The notes below the pieces were generated by a model. That model ran no database searches. It was not told the DNA's origin and saw only the letters and a list, made by a program, of their open reading frames with translations. This document shows positions 50,021 through 62,100 of a stretch of 64,000 nucleotides of DNA, piece by piece. Position 1 is the stretch's first letter. Each line of letters starts with the position of its first letter. The position numbers and the translations under genes were made by a program. Origin of the DNA: Heterodontus francisci (lineage: Eukaryota); contig NC_090371.1 in NCBI RefSeq assembly GCF_036365525.1, positions 264,219,629 to 264,283,628 on the forward strand, written 5' to 3'.

Positions 50021-52084
50021 CACACGAGTCGGCCTTAGTGCAACAACTTGCCCAGTGCTTTATCGAATTACAGTTCAACATTATTTACAACAGAAACGCC
50101 CAAGTGACCTGCAAAGTGACAGTACCAACGCAGTCGCCTGCACTCATGGCCACTCCTACAAGTTGCTCCCGCTGTGGCTGAGGATGAAGTAGAGACAGAC
50201 TGCTCACTTAGTGCTTGTCTGGGGCTGAGATGCCCGTGGCCGTTGGCCTGGTTGTGGAGGAGCTGGGGGAGGGTGCACCTCCAAAGGCTGCTGTATTGGC
50301 ATCTCAGCAGGAGCAGACTCTGTCACAGGGCATAATTCTACAGATGTTTTGTCCATCAGAGGGGCCATGAAGGCAGATGATTATGATGGAGCCCCTAGAG
50401 GGGCGGCACCCTCATCACCGTCTGTTGCTATTTCAGCCCGTTCATAATGCCCTTGATCGCTAGAGGGAACCATCAGCTCATGTGCAGCTGGCATCCACTC
50501 CATGCTTCCTTTGTGTCATTTGTGCCACTGACCGGTCAATGATACAGACCGTGCATGTCAGCGCACTATTCTTGCATCCACGCTGAGTGATGACGCATGT
50601 GGCTCTCGATGAGGTTGGCCACTCTTTCAATTGAGGAGTTCAGCGCTCAAAACACTGAGATGTTGTGGAGCACATGAGATGAATGGATTCCTCCATTCTC
50701 ATCCCATGACTCCGCAGTGCCTCATGTAAGTCCAGCACGTGGGCACACATCTCACTTTGGTTCTCCAGGTAGATCTGCCTATTCCGTGACTCCCTAGGCT
50801 TCGCATTTCCAGTCTGCTGAACAGGGCTAAACCTGTCCTCCATCCTCCCCCGTATCCACTTGCTCTGAAGTGATACACGCTTCACTCTTTGCCACTGTCT
50901 CTAATAGCCCAAGAGGACCCATCAAGGTGCGAGTATCTGTGCTAGTGGAAGGTCCCCAAGAAAGATGTGATGGTGCAGGCTCCAAGGTGTTTTCCTCCCC
51001 TGACTCCTCCAGAACAAGTTTGCAGTGTCCTGATTCCTCCCTGTCTGCGCCTGGCCTGCGCCAGACATAACAGAAGGTGGTTATGAGAAATCGGTACAAT
51101 CAACATATGCTTCAGCTGCATGAAACAATAAAATGACAGGTTATGCATTGACAGTTCATTGCCCAGGAAGGATTGCCATGCATCTCCTGAACCTTAGGTT
51201 GTTGAGATCCTTTCACCTGTCTATGTTGGACTTCAGTTTCTCTGTCTCCAATGTGCCAGTGGCTTGCTACCCTGACCAGATCAAGGGCCAGTTCCTCAAA
51301 TTGTGTCAGTGAGGCGAACTGGAGGACCCCACCATTCAGATGTGCCCTCTTGCTCTCCCTGGCATTGTTCTCCCATTTGGCCTGTGAGGTGAAAAAAGCT
51401 GCCATTAGGGCAATGCCTCTTCCCTGTAGCCCACTGTCCAATAGCACGCAGATAATGAACTATGCTCATGGGTCATCAATGCTGCTGTGCACACATCTCT
51501 CCTATGGTCAGAAGAACTATATGCGTCCTCAGGATACCCCTCACTTTTGCATTCTGGTGACTGCAACTGGGAGGCATGACATCTGGGTCTAACTTTGGAC
51601 TCCCCTTGCCAGACCTAAGCAGGTCATTGAAACATTTCCTGCACTGGACTCAGTTCCTCCTCACCATTCCTCTGCAGTTGACCTCATAAGCCACCTCCAG
51701 CCATGCATTTTGGTCAGCTTTGCAAGCTCTATTGCCGCTAGCAGCTTCTCTGAGGTGTCACTGCCTCCAGCACAGCCTCAAGTGAGGCATTAGAAAAATG
51801 GGGGCTGCCCTGGCACGGGGGCCCTCCCTGCCAATGCCCTCTGCTCAGTTTCAGCCTCCATCCTTGAGATGAACAGCAACCACAGCAATGGGTGCCACTC
51901 GCCATTTAAATCGGGCCCACTCTTCCCCATGTCCCACCACCAGTAATTGGGTGGCAAATGCAACTCTGAGCCAATTAACTGCTTTGACAATCAAAATTGC
52001 AACATGTTGCATTGCTGACATGGCGGGGGATTGGGACCTAGAAATAAATGTGATGTTGGTGTCCTGACCCCAGAATGGAAATCC
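50021..52084 (-). mobile_element. Decayed Harbinger element with intron-containing Myb/SANT-like gene
   Basis: Exon ~51861-51605 APIF/SNASLEAVLEAV..NAWLEVAYEVNCRGMVRRN*VQCRKCFNDLLRSGK; exon 51381-51217 AKWENNARESKRAHLNGG..LTQFEELALDL with AG/GT borders; acidic low-complexity downstream part. Confidence 0.7.
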
Positions 52085-52400
52085 TCTCCACTGATGTTGC
52101 CAGACTTGGTGAGTATTTCCAGCATTTTCTGTCTTTCAGATTTCCAGCATCCACAGAATTTTTCTCTTGCATTAGTATTTAATTCACTGCCACTTCTCTT
52201 CCAGAAATGCCCATCTTGAAGAGGTTCTGCTCACCTCTTCAACAGGAGACATTTGTCTCTTTACGCCTTCTTAAAACCTGTTACATTTTTAACGTTTCCT
52301 AGTGCTGAGGAATGGTCATTGACCTGAAACGATAACTCTGTTTCTCTCTCCACAGATGCTGCAAGACTGGCTGAGTATTTCCAGCATTTTCTGTCATTTT
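52085..52400 (+). mobile_element. Penelope-like fragment with partial tandem terminal repeat and hammerhead core
   Basis: CTCTCCAC.GATG.TGC.AGACT.G.TGAGTATTTCCAGCATTTTCTGTC occurs twice; CTGAGGA-ATGGTCATTGACCT-GAAAC at 52305-52330. Confidence 0.7.
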
Positions 52401-52820
52401 TCCAAAATAATCTATCGGTAGGTTAGAAAAGACCCAAAGACTAAACACCTATAAATTTACCAATCTTCGAATCACTACAACATTGCCTTATCACTATCCA
52501 CTCAGTGCTTAGTTCATTTCATTGAGCCTGATCAATATCGTCAACCCCGAGATCATGGTGATCCAAGCACCATGCCAGCTGGCATCCAGGACAAAGAATG
52601 CATGCTTAACAGACCAAAGGCATGCAGATGTTAATAGCACATTTTTTTCAAGCAGCTACTTGCCAATGGCCCCACCCATTGGACTTTACTACACTCCATT
52701 GTTCTTTCCGCAACAAGACCAGGTATTGATATCAATAGAGACAGACATTAGAGACTGATAGCTCTGAATGGCTGTGGGTGAGAAGGCTACACACAAGAAC
52801 TGGTTAATTCAAAGGGACAC

Positions 52821-53317
52821 TGTCAAGAAAACACAATATGCCAAATGAGGAATTTTGAATTTATCGGTGGAAAACTTACCTTAAACTTTTAATGGAGAAA
52901 CTGTCACAGTTAACTTTTTAAAAAACTGGCAGCCAAGATGGCCACTTCAAGTTGCATTAGAAACACCTTTGCCCCAACCACAGCTAGAAGTCTAACAAGA
53001 AGCCCAGCTAGAGCCAAGCTTTGGCTAACTGAGTAGATTAGCCAGATCATCCTCCTTAGTGGGACATTCAAAGCCATCTTGAGGCATTCACAAGTGGAGA
53101 TGTCCCTCTGGGGGAGTGGTAAACACTGACAATACCACCTGAGAGACGATTTTGGGTTTTAGACTTTGGACCTCATTAAAAAGAAATGGCATTGAGAGAA
53201 TCATGTGACCATCTGTCCAACTCTGGAAAATCTGGGAGTATTGTTACACACAGTAGAGACAAGAAGTAACTGAGTGTGCAGCAGCAGAGAAAGCTGTGTG
53301 CCTCACTTTCTTTCTCC

Positions 53318-53348
<31 letters not shown>

Positions 53349-54987
53349 CAGAAAGCATCAAGTTTGAAAACCATCTGCAACTCCAGAACCTCCAAGTCTA
53401 CAGACTGCTATAGCCAGAGACCAGGGGAAGAGAACCACCTACCAGTCTGCCTTCAAGTAAACCTTGAGCAAAGCGGGCTAGTCACAAAGTACATTTTGAC
53501 CAACCAACAACATCAAGAGGACAACTCCAGCCGGACAACCACCGAATCATCCAACCTCAAACTGTGTATTTAACTTTTATTTATTCAGGACTTTAATCCA
53601 ATCAAAAACTTTTTTTTCATTCATGGGATTTCGGCATTGCTGGCCTGGCCAACATTTATTGCCCATCCCTAATTGCCCTTGAGAAGGTGGTGGTGAGCTG
53701 CCTTCTTGAACCGCTGCAGTCCATTTGGTGTAGGTACACCCACAGTGTTGTTAGGAAGGGAGTTCCAGGATTTTGACTCAGCGACAGTGAAGGAATGGCG
53801 ATATAGTTCCAAGTCAGGATGGTGTGTGACTTGGAGGGGAACTTGCAGGTGGTGATGTTCCCATGCATTTGCTGCCCTTGTCCTTCTAGTTGGTAGAGGT
53901 TACGGGTTTGGAAGGTGCTGTCTAAGGCGCCTTGGTGCATTGCTGCAGTGCATCTTGTAGATGGTACACACTGCTGCCACTGTGCGTTGGTGGTGCAGGG
54001 AGTGAATGTTTGTAGATGGGGTGCCAATCAAGCGGGCTGCTTTGTCCTGGATGGTGTCGAGCTTCCTGAGTGTTGTTGGAGCTGCACCCATCCAGGCAAG
54101 TGGAGAGAATTCCATCACACTCCTGACTTGTGCCTTGGAGATGGTGGACAGGCTTTGGGGAGTCAGGAGGTGAGTTACTCGCCTCAGGGTTCCTAGCCTC
54201 TGACCTGCTCTCGTAGCCACGGTATTTATATGGCTGCTCCAGTTCAGTTTCTGGTCAATGGTAGCCCGTAGCATGTTGATAGTGGGGGATTCAGCGATGG
54301 TAATGCCATTGAATGTCAAGGGGAGATGGTTAGATTCTCTCTTGTTGGAGATGGTCATTGCCTGGCACTTGTGTGGCGCAAATGTTACTTGTCACTTATC
54401 AGACCAAGCCTGGATATTGTCCAGGTCTTGCTGCATTTCTATACGGGCTGCTTCAGTATCTGAGGACTCATGAATGGTGCTGAACATTGTGCAATCATCA
54501 GCGAACATCCCCACTTCTGACCTTATGATTGAAGGAAGGTCATTGATGAAGCAGTTGAAGATGGTTGGGCTTAGGACACTGCCCTGAGGAACTCCTGCAG
54601 TGATGTATGTCCTGGAGCTCAAATGATTGACCTCCAACAACCACAACCATCTTCCTTTGCGCTAGGTATGACTCCAGCCAGCGGAGAGTTTATCTATTTG
54701 TGTGTGTGCGATTCTCATGTGAATGTGTGCGTGAATGTGTAGCATATATTTTTATTATTTTTAAATTGGGGTCAGATAGTTAAGTATAATAAACTTACCT
54801 CTTTCTTGTTTAAACTCATGAAAACCTGTCCAATTGCTTCTTACAAGATCACAGGAAAGGAAAAAGTTAAAACACGCACAGAGGTGGGAAGCACAACCAC
54901 TGTTTAAAAGGAATAAACCCTGTTGCGGTCAAATAAGAGGAAGGGCAAGAGGGGAGCCTGAGACCCCCTCCTCACCTGGCCGTAACA
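52821..54987 (+). mobile_element. Probable solo LTR (~1.1 kb) interrupted by a LINE
   Basis: Starts TGTCA, ends CGTAACA; flanks ACAC/ACAG; AATAAA signals in the 3' part; left boundary uncertain. Confidence 0.45.
53610..54691 (-). mobile_element. CR1-group (Zenon-like) LINE 3' part, second copy
   Basis: AGVPQGSVLSPTIFNCFINDL..MFADD..; close similarity to 47371-48660; A-rich tail at ~53610. Confidence 0.85.
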
Positions 54988-55364
54988 ACAGGGACAGGAA
55001 ATGTCTTGTTTGCTGGAGGCACAGTAAGCAACACATAGGCTGTGTGCAACAAAGTCAATGGGGAGAGGGATAACCACAGACTCCGCAAATAGTAACAGGA
55101 TGCATGGCATGGACAGAGAACACTCCTAGCAGTGAACCTTTTATTAATGACTTGGGAAAAGAGAAAAATTTACAGACAGAGCCAAAGTTATGGAGAAAGC
55201 AAAACAAAAAGGAAATAAAATGACCAGATTCAAAGTGCATTTGCAGAACTAAAAAATTTTATAAATCCTAACTGTTGTTAGATGTTTTAATTAGTGCAAA
55301 ATGTGTTATGTCAGTCATGAAAGGAAAGGATGTAGAAAAAGAATAATGGAGACAGGAAGAGAAA

Positions 55365-55460
55365 GAAAAGGACCTCTTTCATGACCTCATACCATCGCAA
55401 AGCACTTTGCAGCTAAGAAAATACTTTCAAAGTGTAGTCAGTGTTGTCAAGCAGGAAACA
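55365..55460 (-). mobile_element. DeuSINE tail remnant
   Basis: CTTTCATGACCTCA..CAAAGCACTTTGCAGC..TACTTTCAAAGTGTAGTCA. Confidence 0.5.
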
Positions 55461-56518
55461 GATAAGTTTAAAGAAAGGTAGCCTGAGTCTCAGATAATTT
55501 CACTAATAAAAAGAGATTGCCTGATAAAATGTGAAAGCTGTACTCACCTTCCCACTAGAAAGGAATGTGCAATAAATAATAACATTCAAAAGCCCTTGCT
55601 CTGATGAATTGACTTTGAACAAATTTCAGTTCTATTGCATTCCTTTTTAATATAGGAAGCACGGCATCATAACACATCAAAATTGATTCTTTCACAATTG
55701 TTAAAAACTGATCCTGACAGACTACAGTGTATTTCAAAGATTTATGCTTTAATATTCTTGATTTTTAATAAAGTATATGCATGCGATCACATTGTGAGGA
55801 CGAGTGATTTTTCTCTAGGCCATAATATTCTAAATGTCACGTGGTAATAGAAATAACTTTGGTCCTAAGATACATAAATTAGATGAGGCCAGAGAAAATG
55901 CTTCGTTCCTTGAAATCTGGGGTTTGCCTCCACCAACAGAAATCTGGAGAGTGGGAATCTGATGTACCCAAAGGGAAGGATGCAAATGTATTCCAAATTG
56001 TTAGGATCGGGATTATTTACAACCGCATACCATTTACAAAAATACAACATTTGACCTTATTAATTGCACAATACTACGGTTGGACCAAAAGTCCGGGACT
56101 ATTTTACTACAAGAGGGGAAATCTCAGCTGACCCTGAGATTTCCATCATTTAACTCCCGATTAAGCCCAATGGGCCCCAGAGTTATAAGGGGAAAGGCCA
56201 AATAAGACTTTTCTAAAAATGCATTTTGACCACTTTAGGAGCCGAAGGAAACATAACTGGCATTTTTACTTCAGTCCAGGAAGGGCTTCTGGTCCTTGTA
56301 GTGAAGCAGTTGTGAATCAGCTTATGGAACAAGGCACCCATCCTAACTGTTTAATTAACTCCACTGGGATGTCCCCAGGCATTGCAGAAGATTCACCCAC
56401 TCAGCCCAACAAGAATTTATGGCAAATGGGGCAAATGTTCCAGCCACCTGGTGGGCTGTGCACCTGCTCTCTGCCCTCTTTGACTTCTAGAATTACAATA
56501 CATTCCAAGCAATAAATT

Positions 56519-56760
56519 GAGACACACAGAAAGAGAATAATCCAGACAGAGGCAGAAACAGAGTCAGAGAGAAAGTGTGTAAGAGGCAGAGAAAGTGGGA
56601 CATAAACAGAAAATATAATGCAAGATAAAGCTGACAGCAAGAGTGAGAAAAACATATAGAGAAAACAGAGATAGACATGGCAATGAGAGTAATGCCAGAG
56701 AGAGAGAGAGGAGAAAAGACAAAAAAGTTGGGGGGAGTGGGAAGCAAGCAGAGACATAAG
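56519..56760. repeat. AG-rich low-complexity tract
   Basis: Degenerate (AG)n/(AGAC)n visible directly. Confidence 0.7.
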
Positions 56761-56818
56761 AGGTAATCTTCCAACTTTGAACTTTTAACAGAAAGTAATG
56801 CATATATTAGGCATGGAG

Positions 56819-57025
56819 TGTTCGCTGTGTTTAACCATATGCAGATGAAGGGTGTTAATTAGGGTCTACTTGAGTATATATAAGGAGACACTTAATGAAA
56901 CTGAGGGAAGGTTTGAATGAGGAGCTGCATGTTGATAATGTTTTCACTTTGTAAAATAAATGCAAGACTCAGTAAAGATTGGCTCCAGCATCATCCTTCA
57001 ACAACAAACTTTCTGGAGCATCACA
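56819..57025 (+). mobile_element. Short solo LTR (207 bp)
   Basis: TGT...ACA termini, perfect 5-bp TSD TGGAG (56814-56818, 57026-57030), internal TATATATAA and AATAAA. Confidence 0.7.
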
Positions 57026-57527
57026 TGGAGACCCTGTGCCACTTAATATTGATATGCTGAAAATCAGGCAGACTTTGAATCTCTTTTCAACCAAAATTCT
57101 GACAAGCGCTTTCAGTATGTGATACTGTGCACTGGGGTAATGCCATGGTAGAATGACTAGTATTAGGAGTTATTTTTAAAATCCAGTCATTAATTAGATT
57201 GAGGTTGTGTTAGCTTACATGAGGAGCATATCAATGTAAAGTGAGAGGTGACTGTGAAACCAGCAGGGCAAGCATCAGGCTTGTCGATGTGAAGCTATTA
57301 TAACTTCCAGGTACAACTCCTGCTTGAACCTGGTGTCAATGACATCTAGCTGGTGGGTGGGAGCAGGCCAAATGGAGTTGGAGGCCAGGGATGCATCGGG
57401 CGTTGCGGGAGATAGTTGATCACAGTGGAAGAAGGAAAGCCCAGAGCCATAGCCTTTCTTATAGGGCTTAGAGAAGCACTTCTGCTCCTCTTGGTCCACA
57501 AGGAGATCTTTTAAATAATGTTCTCAC

Positions 57528-57666
57528 CTCTTCTACACTCTTCTGCACCTGCTGCTCCTTTGCACTAGGCACCAAACGTAGCTGCTGAAAGTGAAAATAT
57601 AGTTGGGATCGGAATGGCCTCATATGAGGTCTGGTATGAGTGCTCCACTGAGTGGTCAGAGCATGC
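57528..57666 (-). CDS. Candidate internal exon (139 nt) of an unidentified gene
   Basis: Acceptor CCATTTAACAG, donor GAG|GTGAGA; one open frame HALTTQWSTHTRPHMRPFRSQLYFHFQQLRLVPSAKEQQVQKSVEE ending in phase 0. Confidence 0.3.
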
Positions 57667-57796
57667 CTGTTAAATGGCACACAGCACGAGGCCAGTTCAG
57701 GTGAATAGATCGAAGCAAGCATTTAATCCCCACCATACAGTGTTTTGGCTGGCTACAGGTGGTGGGGCCTTAACATCAGACCTTAAGTCTGTCTCC

Positions 57797-57799
57797 TTT

Positions 57800-57865
<66 letters not shown>
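57797..57865. repeat. (CTTT)n microsatellite
   Basis: Perfect tetranucleotide run. Confidence 0.97.
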
Positions 57866-57866
<1 letters not shown>

Positions 57867-58419
57867 ATTGCAGCTGGGTTGCTGGCAATTGGGACTCAAA
57901 CACAGAACTTCACCCTAACCTTGGGAAATGCCGAGAGGATGGTGGTCTAGTCAGGATACCAATCACAATTTGGCAAGGTTCACAACAACCTTTTGAATTA
58001 GTAACACATAGGTGTTAAGTCAAAAAGAAGTTGAGGTCAATGTGATTGCAGGGCATTTTCCTGTAATAATTCTTTAAACCAAGCAAGTATTCAAATTACA
58101 AATATCGAAGATCTCTAGGATTACTAAGAATGATCTTTTACCTTTACAACCCCTCAGTGAGAATTTTGAGTTTAAAGAATGAGCTGTTCACTGGGGCATA
58201 AGTGCTAAGGTAATTTTATTCTCTTTACATGTCCAGTATTAAGTAAGATATAACTTTGCCATTTCTTTGGGCTGCGTATTTATAGTTACAACATTATAAC
58301 ATTTCAAAATTAGAGCAGTGGCAATGCCAGAATAAAAGGTTAGGAGTAAATATCATATTTCGTGTTAACTGAACTTAATTTCTGTCGTTCAACTCAAGTT
58401 TGCAATTCTTTAAGCACAA

Positions 58420-58535
58420 TATGTTTCCACATTACAACATTGACTACACTTGAAAAGCACACATCGGTTGTAAAGTGCTTTTGCACTTCCTGAGATTGTA
58501 AAAGGCATTATATAAATGCATGTCATTCATTCATT
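58420..58535 (+). mobile_element. DeuSINE 3' fragment
   Basis: ACATTACAACATTGACTACACTT..GTAAAGTGCTTT..AAAGGCATTATATAAATGCA. Confidence 0.65.
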
Positions 58536-58944
58536 TGACATTCAACCATATTCCAAAGCAGAATGAACTTAATGTTAAATTATACTAAATATTAAGTGAC
58601 GTACTATAAATATTCTATATGGAGATGCTATTTTAAAGTACACAGATCGTAACATTTAATTAACCTGATGAGGTGCAAATATATCATAAGGCCTTTTCAG
58701 TATTGATCAGAATGAAGTGCAGCAGGTATAAAGAGAAATGATCCACTCACAACTGGGAAATCGTAGTCTGGTTGAAGAATGAACAGAAGGAACATGAGTC
58801 ATTAGCTTTGTAAATGTACATTAAAATAAATGGGTTAGTGCCTGCTATAAAACTGTTAACAGAGAAAGAAAAGGTTAACATTTATGCAGGAGTTGTATTT
58901 ATATTTATTAAGGATGATGTGTGAACATTATCTGTCATACACAG

Positions 58945-59090
58945 CATAGAATTTTACAGCACAGGAACAGGCCATTTGGCCCATCAGAAGCCTCCTCCCA
59001 CCTTACAAGATCTCACCCTATCAAAAGACACTTCTATTCCTTTTTCCCTCATGTACTTCTCTAGCTTCCCCCTTAAATGCATCTAATATT
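58945..59090 (-). mobile_element. CR1 3' tail fragment
   Basis: CATAGAATTTTACAGCACAGGAACAGGCCATTTGGCCC. Confidence 0.65.
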
Positions 59091-59164
59091 AATCTTAACC
59101 TTACTTTCTCTCACCCTATCAACATTAAAGAATTGTGTGTTGTCCCAAGCATGTTCAAATTATT

Positions 59165-62100
59165 TAAGAACATAAGGAACAGGAGTGGACTATATGGCCC
59201 CTCAAGCCTGCCCCACCATTTAATACGATCATGGCTGATTTTCTGCCTTAACGCCACTTCTCCACCCTTTCCCCATATCCCTTAATTCCCTAAGAGACCA
59301 AAAATCTGACTATCTCAGTCAAGAATATATTCAACGTTGGAGCATTCACAATACTCTGGGTAGACAATTCCAAAGGTTCACAACCACCTAAGTGAAGAAA
59401 TTTCTCCTCATCTCAGTCCTAAATGATTGACCACATATCCAGAGACTGTGCTGCCATGTTCTAGATTCACCAGTAAGGGGGAACAACCTTTCAGAGTCTA
59501 CCCTGTCATGCCCCTTCAGAATCTTTTATGTTTCAATAAGATCACCTCTCATTCTTCTATACTCCAGAGTGTTTAGGCCCAATTTACTCAGCCTCTCATC
59601 ATAGGACAACCCTCTCATCCCTGGAACCATTCTAGTGAGCCTTCACTGTTCTGTCCCCAATGCAGGTATATCCTTCCTTAGATATGGAGCTGAATTTTAT
59701 GAGCGTCCATCCCCAGCAACAGCATCCGGTGCCACCGCACAGAAGCGGCACCATTTTTAAAGGGCTTCAGACCCTTCGGTCTCATTAAAAGTTTTAAAGT
59801 GAAAAAATGCTCAAAAATGAAGATATACATCTATTCACATTTTCAATTCCCTGTCCCACATCCCCAATGAATAATCCATTGATTTTTTGTCCTATCCTCC
59901 CCAAAAAGGTGAGTTTTCACTCATGAGCTTTCCCCCCCGAACTTTATTCGCTTTGACCCTAAATCCCTTCCCGCCATCCCCGCAACCATTCTGAGTGGTT
60001 TTCCCTGCTCCCCCCCTCCTGCCCTGAAGTTTTCACTCCTCCCCCCTCCCCACCAGTGTCACACCTCGGAACTCCGAACGGAGTTTCAAAAGCGCGCGAG
60101 TTGCAGTCGGCGGTCCTAATATCGGTGTATGACAGCCACCAGGACAAGGTAAGTTGATTTGCATGTTTTTTCATTGATTTTAATATTTAAATTAAGACCC
60201 CGCCACTTGGGGGTGGGGGGCCGCACTGAGGCCTCGCTGCCGCCGGTAAAATGCACCGGGGCCTTCTCGACGTCAGAGGTTATGGCAGGTCTCTCCCGGA
60301 AGAATTTTCCGGGCCCCCCACCAATGCCGAAGGGCTCATAAAATTCAGCCCTGGAGACCAAAACTGCACAAAGTACTCCAGGGCTCACCAAAGCCCTATA
60401 TAATTCTAGCGAGATTTCCTTATTCTTGTACTCCAATCCCCTTGCAATAAAGCCCAACATGCCATTTGCCTTTCGAATGGCTTGTTGTACCTGCGTGCTC
60501 ACAATGAGCTTCTTGCATGAGTACAACCAAGACTCTCTGTACATAAACATTTACAAGTTTCACACCTTTTAAAAATATTCTACCTTTCTATTCTTACTAT
60601 CAAAGTGAATATCCTCACACTACCCACATTATATGCCATCTGCCACCTTGTTGCCCACTCACTTAGTCTATCTATATCACTTTGCAGTTTTTTTGTGCCC
60701 TCTTCACAGTTTACATTCCCACCTAACTTTGTATCATCAGCAAACGTGGGTACAGTACTCTTGGTCTCTTCATCTAAATCATTAATATAGATTGTAAATA
60801 GCTGAGGCTCCAGCATTGATTCTTGCGGCACTCCACTATTTACAGCTGCAAACCTGAAAATGTCTCATTTATCCCTATTCTCTGCTTCCGATCTGTTAAC
60901 CAATTCTCTATCCATGCTAATATGTTACCCGAACTCCATGAGCCCGAATCATGCATATTAACCTTTTGTGTGACACTTTATCAAATGCCTTTTGGAAATC
61001 CAAGTATACCACATATACTGGCTCCCCTTTGTCAACCTTACTAATTACATCCTCAAAAAACTCTAATAAATTTGTCAAACGCAACTTCCTTTTTGTAAAA
61101 TGATGTTGACTCTGTCTGATCATTCTATGATTGTCTAAGTGCATTGTAAAGACTCCCTTCATAATAGATTCCAGCATTTTCCTGACAACTGATGTCAGAC
61201 TAACTGGCCTGTAGTTCCCTGTTTTCTCTCTCCCTCCTTTCTTGAATAGCAGTGTTACATTTGCTAACTTCCAATCCTCTGGGATCTTTCTAGAATCTAG
61301 GGAATTTGTGAAATCATAACCAGTGCATCCATGATCTATGCAGCTACCTCTTTTAGAATCCTAGCATGTAGGCCAGCAGGTCCTGGGGATGTCTCAACTT
61401 TTAGTCTCTTAAGTTTTTTCTAATACTTGTTCTTTGTTGATAATAATTACTTTAAGTTCCTCACACTATTAGCTCCATGATTACCCTCTATTTCTGGTAT
61501 GTAATTTCTGTCTTCTGCGAAGACAGAAACAAAATATTTGTTCAAATTCTCTGTCGTTACCTTATTCCCCATGATAATTTATCCTATCTCTGCCTCTAAG
61601 GGACCAACATTTACTTTAGCTACTTTCGTCCTTTATATATACTTGAAAAAGTTCCTACAATCTGCTTTTATATTCCTGGCTAATTTACTCACATATTCTA
61701 TTTTGTCCCTTTTTATTAGCTTTTTGATCACCCTTTGCTAGTCATTGAAACTTTCCCAATTCTCAGACTTACTACTATTATTTGCAAAATTATAAGCCTC
61801 TTCTTTGAATCTAATACTGTCCTTAACTTCCACAATAAGCCACAGATGGATCTTTCTCACTGACCTTTTGTTTTTTAATGCAACATATTTTTGTTGAACA
61901 TTTTGAATCTTATCTTTAAATGTTGCTCACTGTTTATTTACTGCCATATCTTTTAGTCTATATACCCAATCCACCTTAGCAAATCTCCCTTCATACCTAT
62001 GTAATTGGCTTTGTTTAAGTTTAAGATTTTTGTTTTGAACTCAAGTATGTCGCTCTCAAATTTATCTGGAATTCAATTGTGTTATGATCACTTTTTTCCC

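Noticed and set aside
55555-55737. Internal coding exon DQFLTIVKESILMC...
   Set aside because: All three frames hit a stop before the GTGAGT donor.
56401-56803. Hydrophobic Leu/Ser/Phe-rich ORFs as a membrane protein
   Set aside because: Translation of the complement of an AG-rich low-complexity tract.
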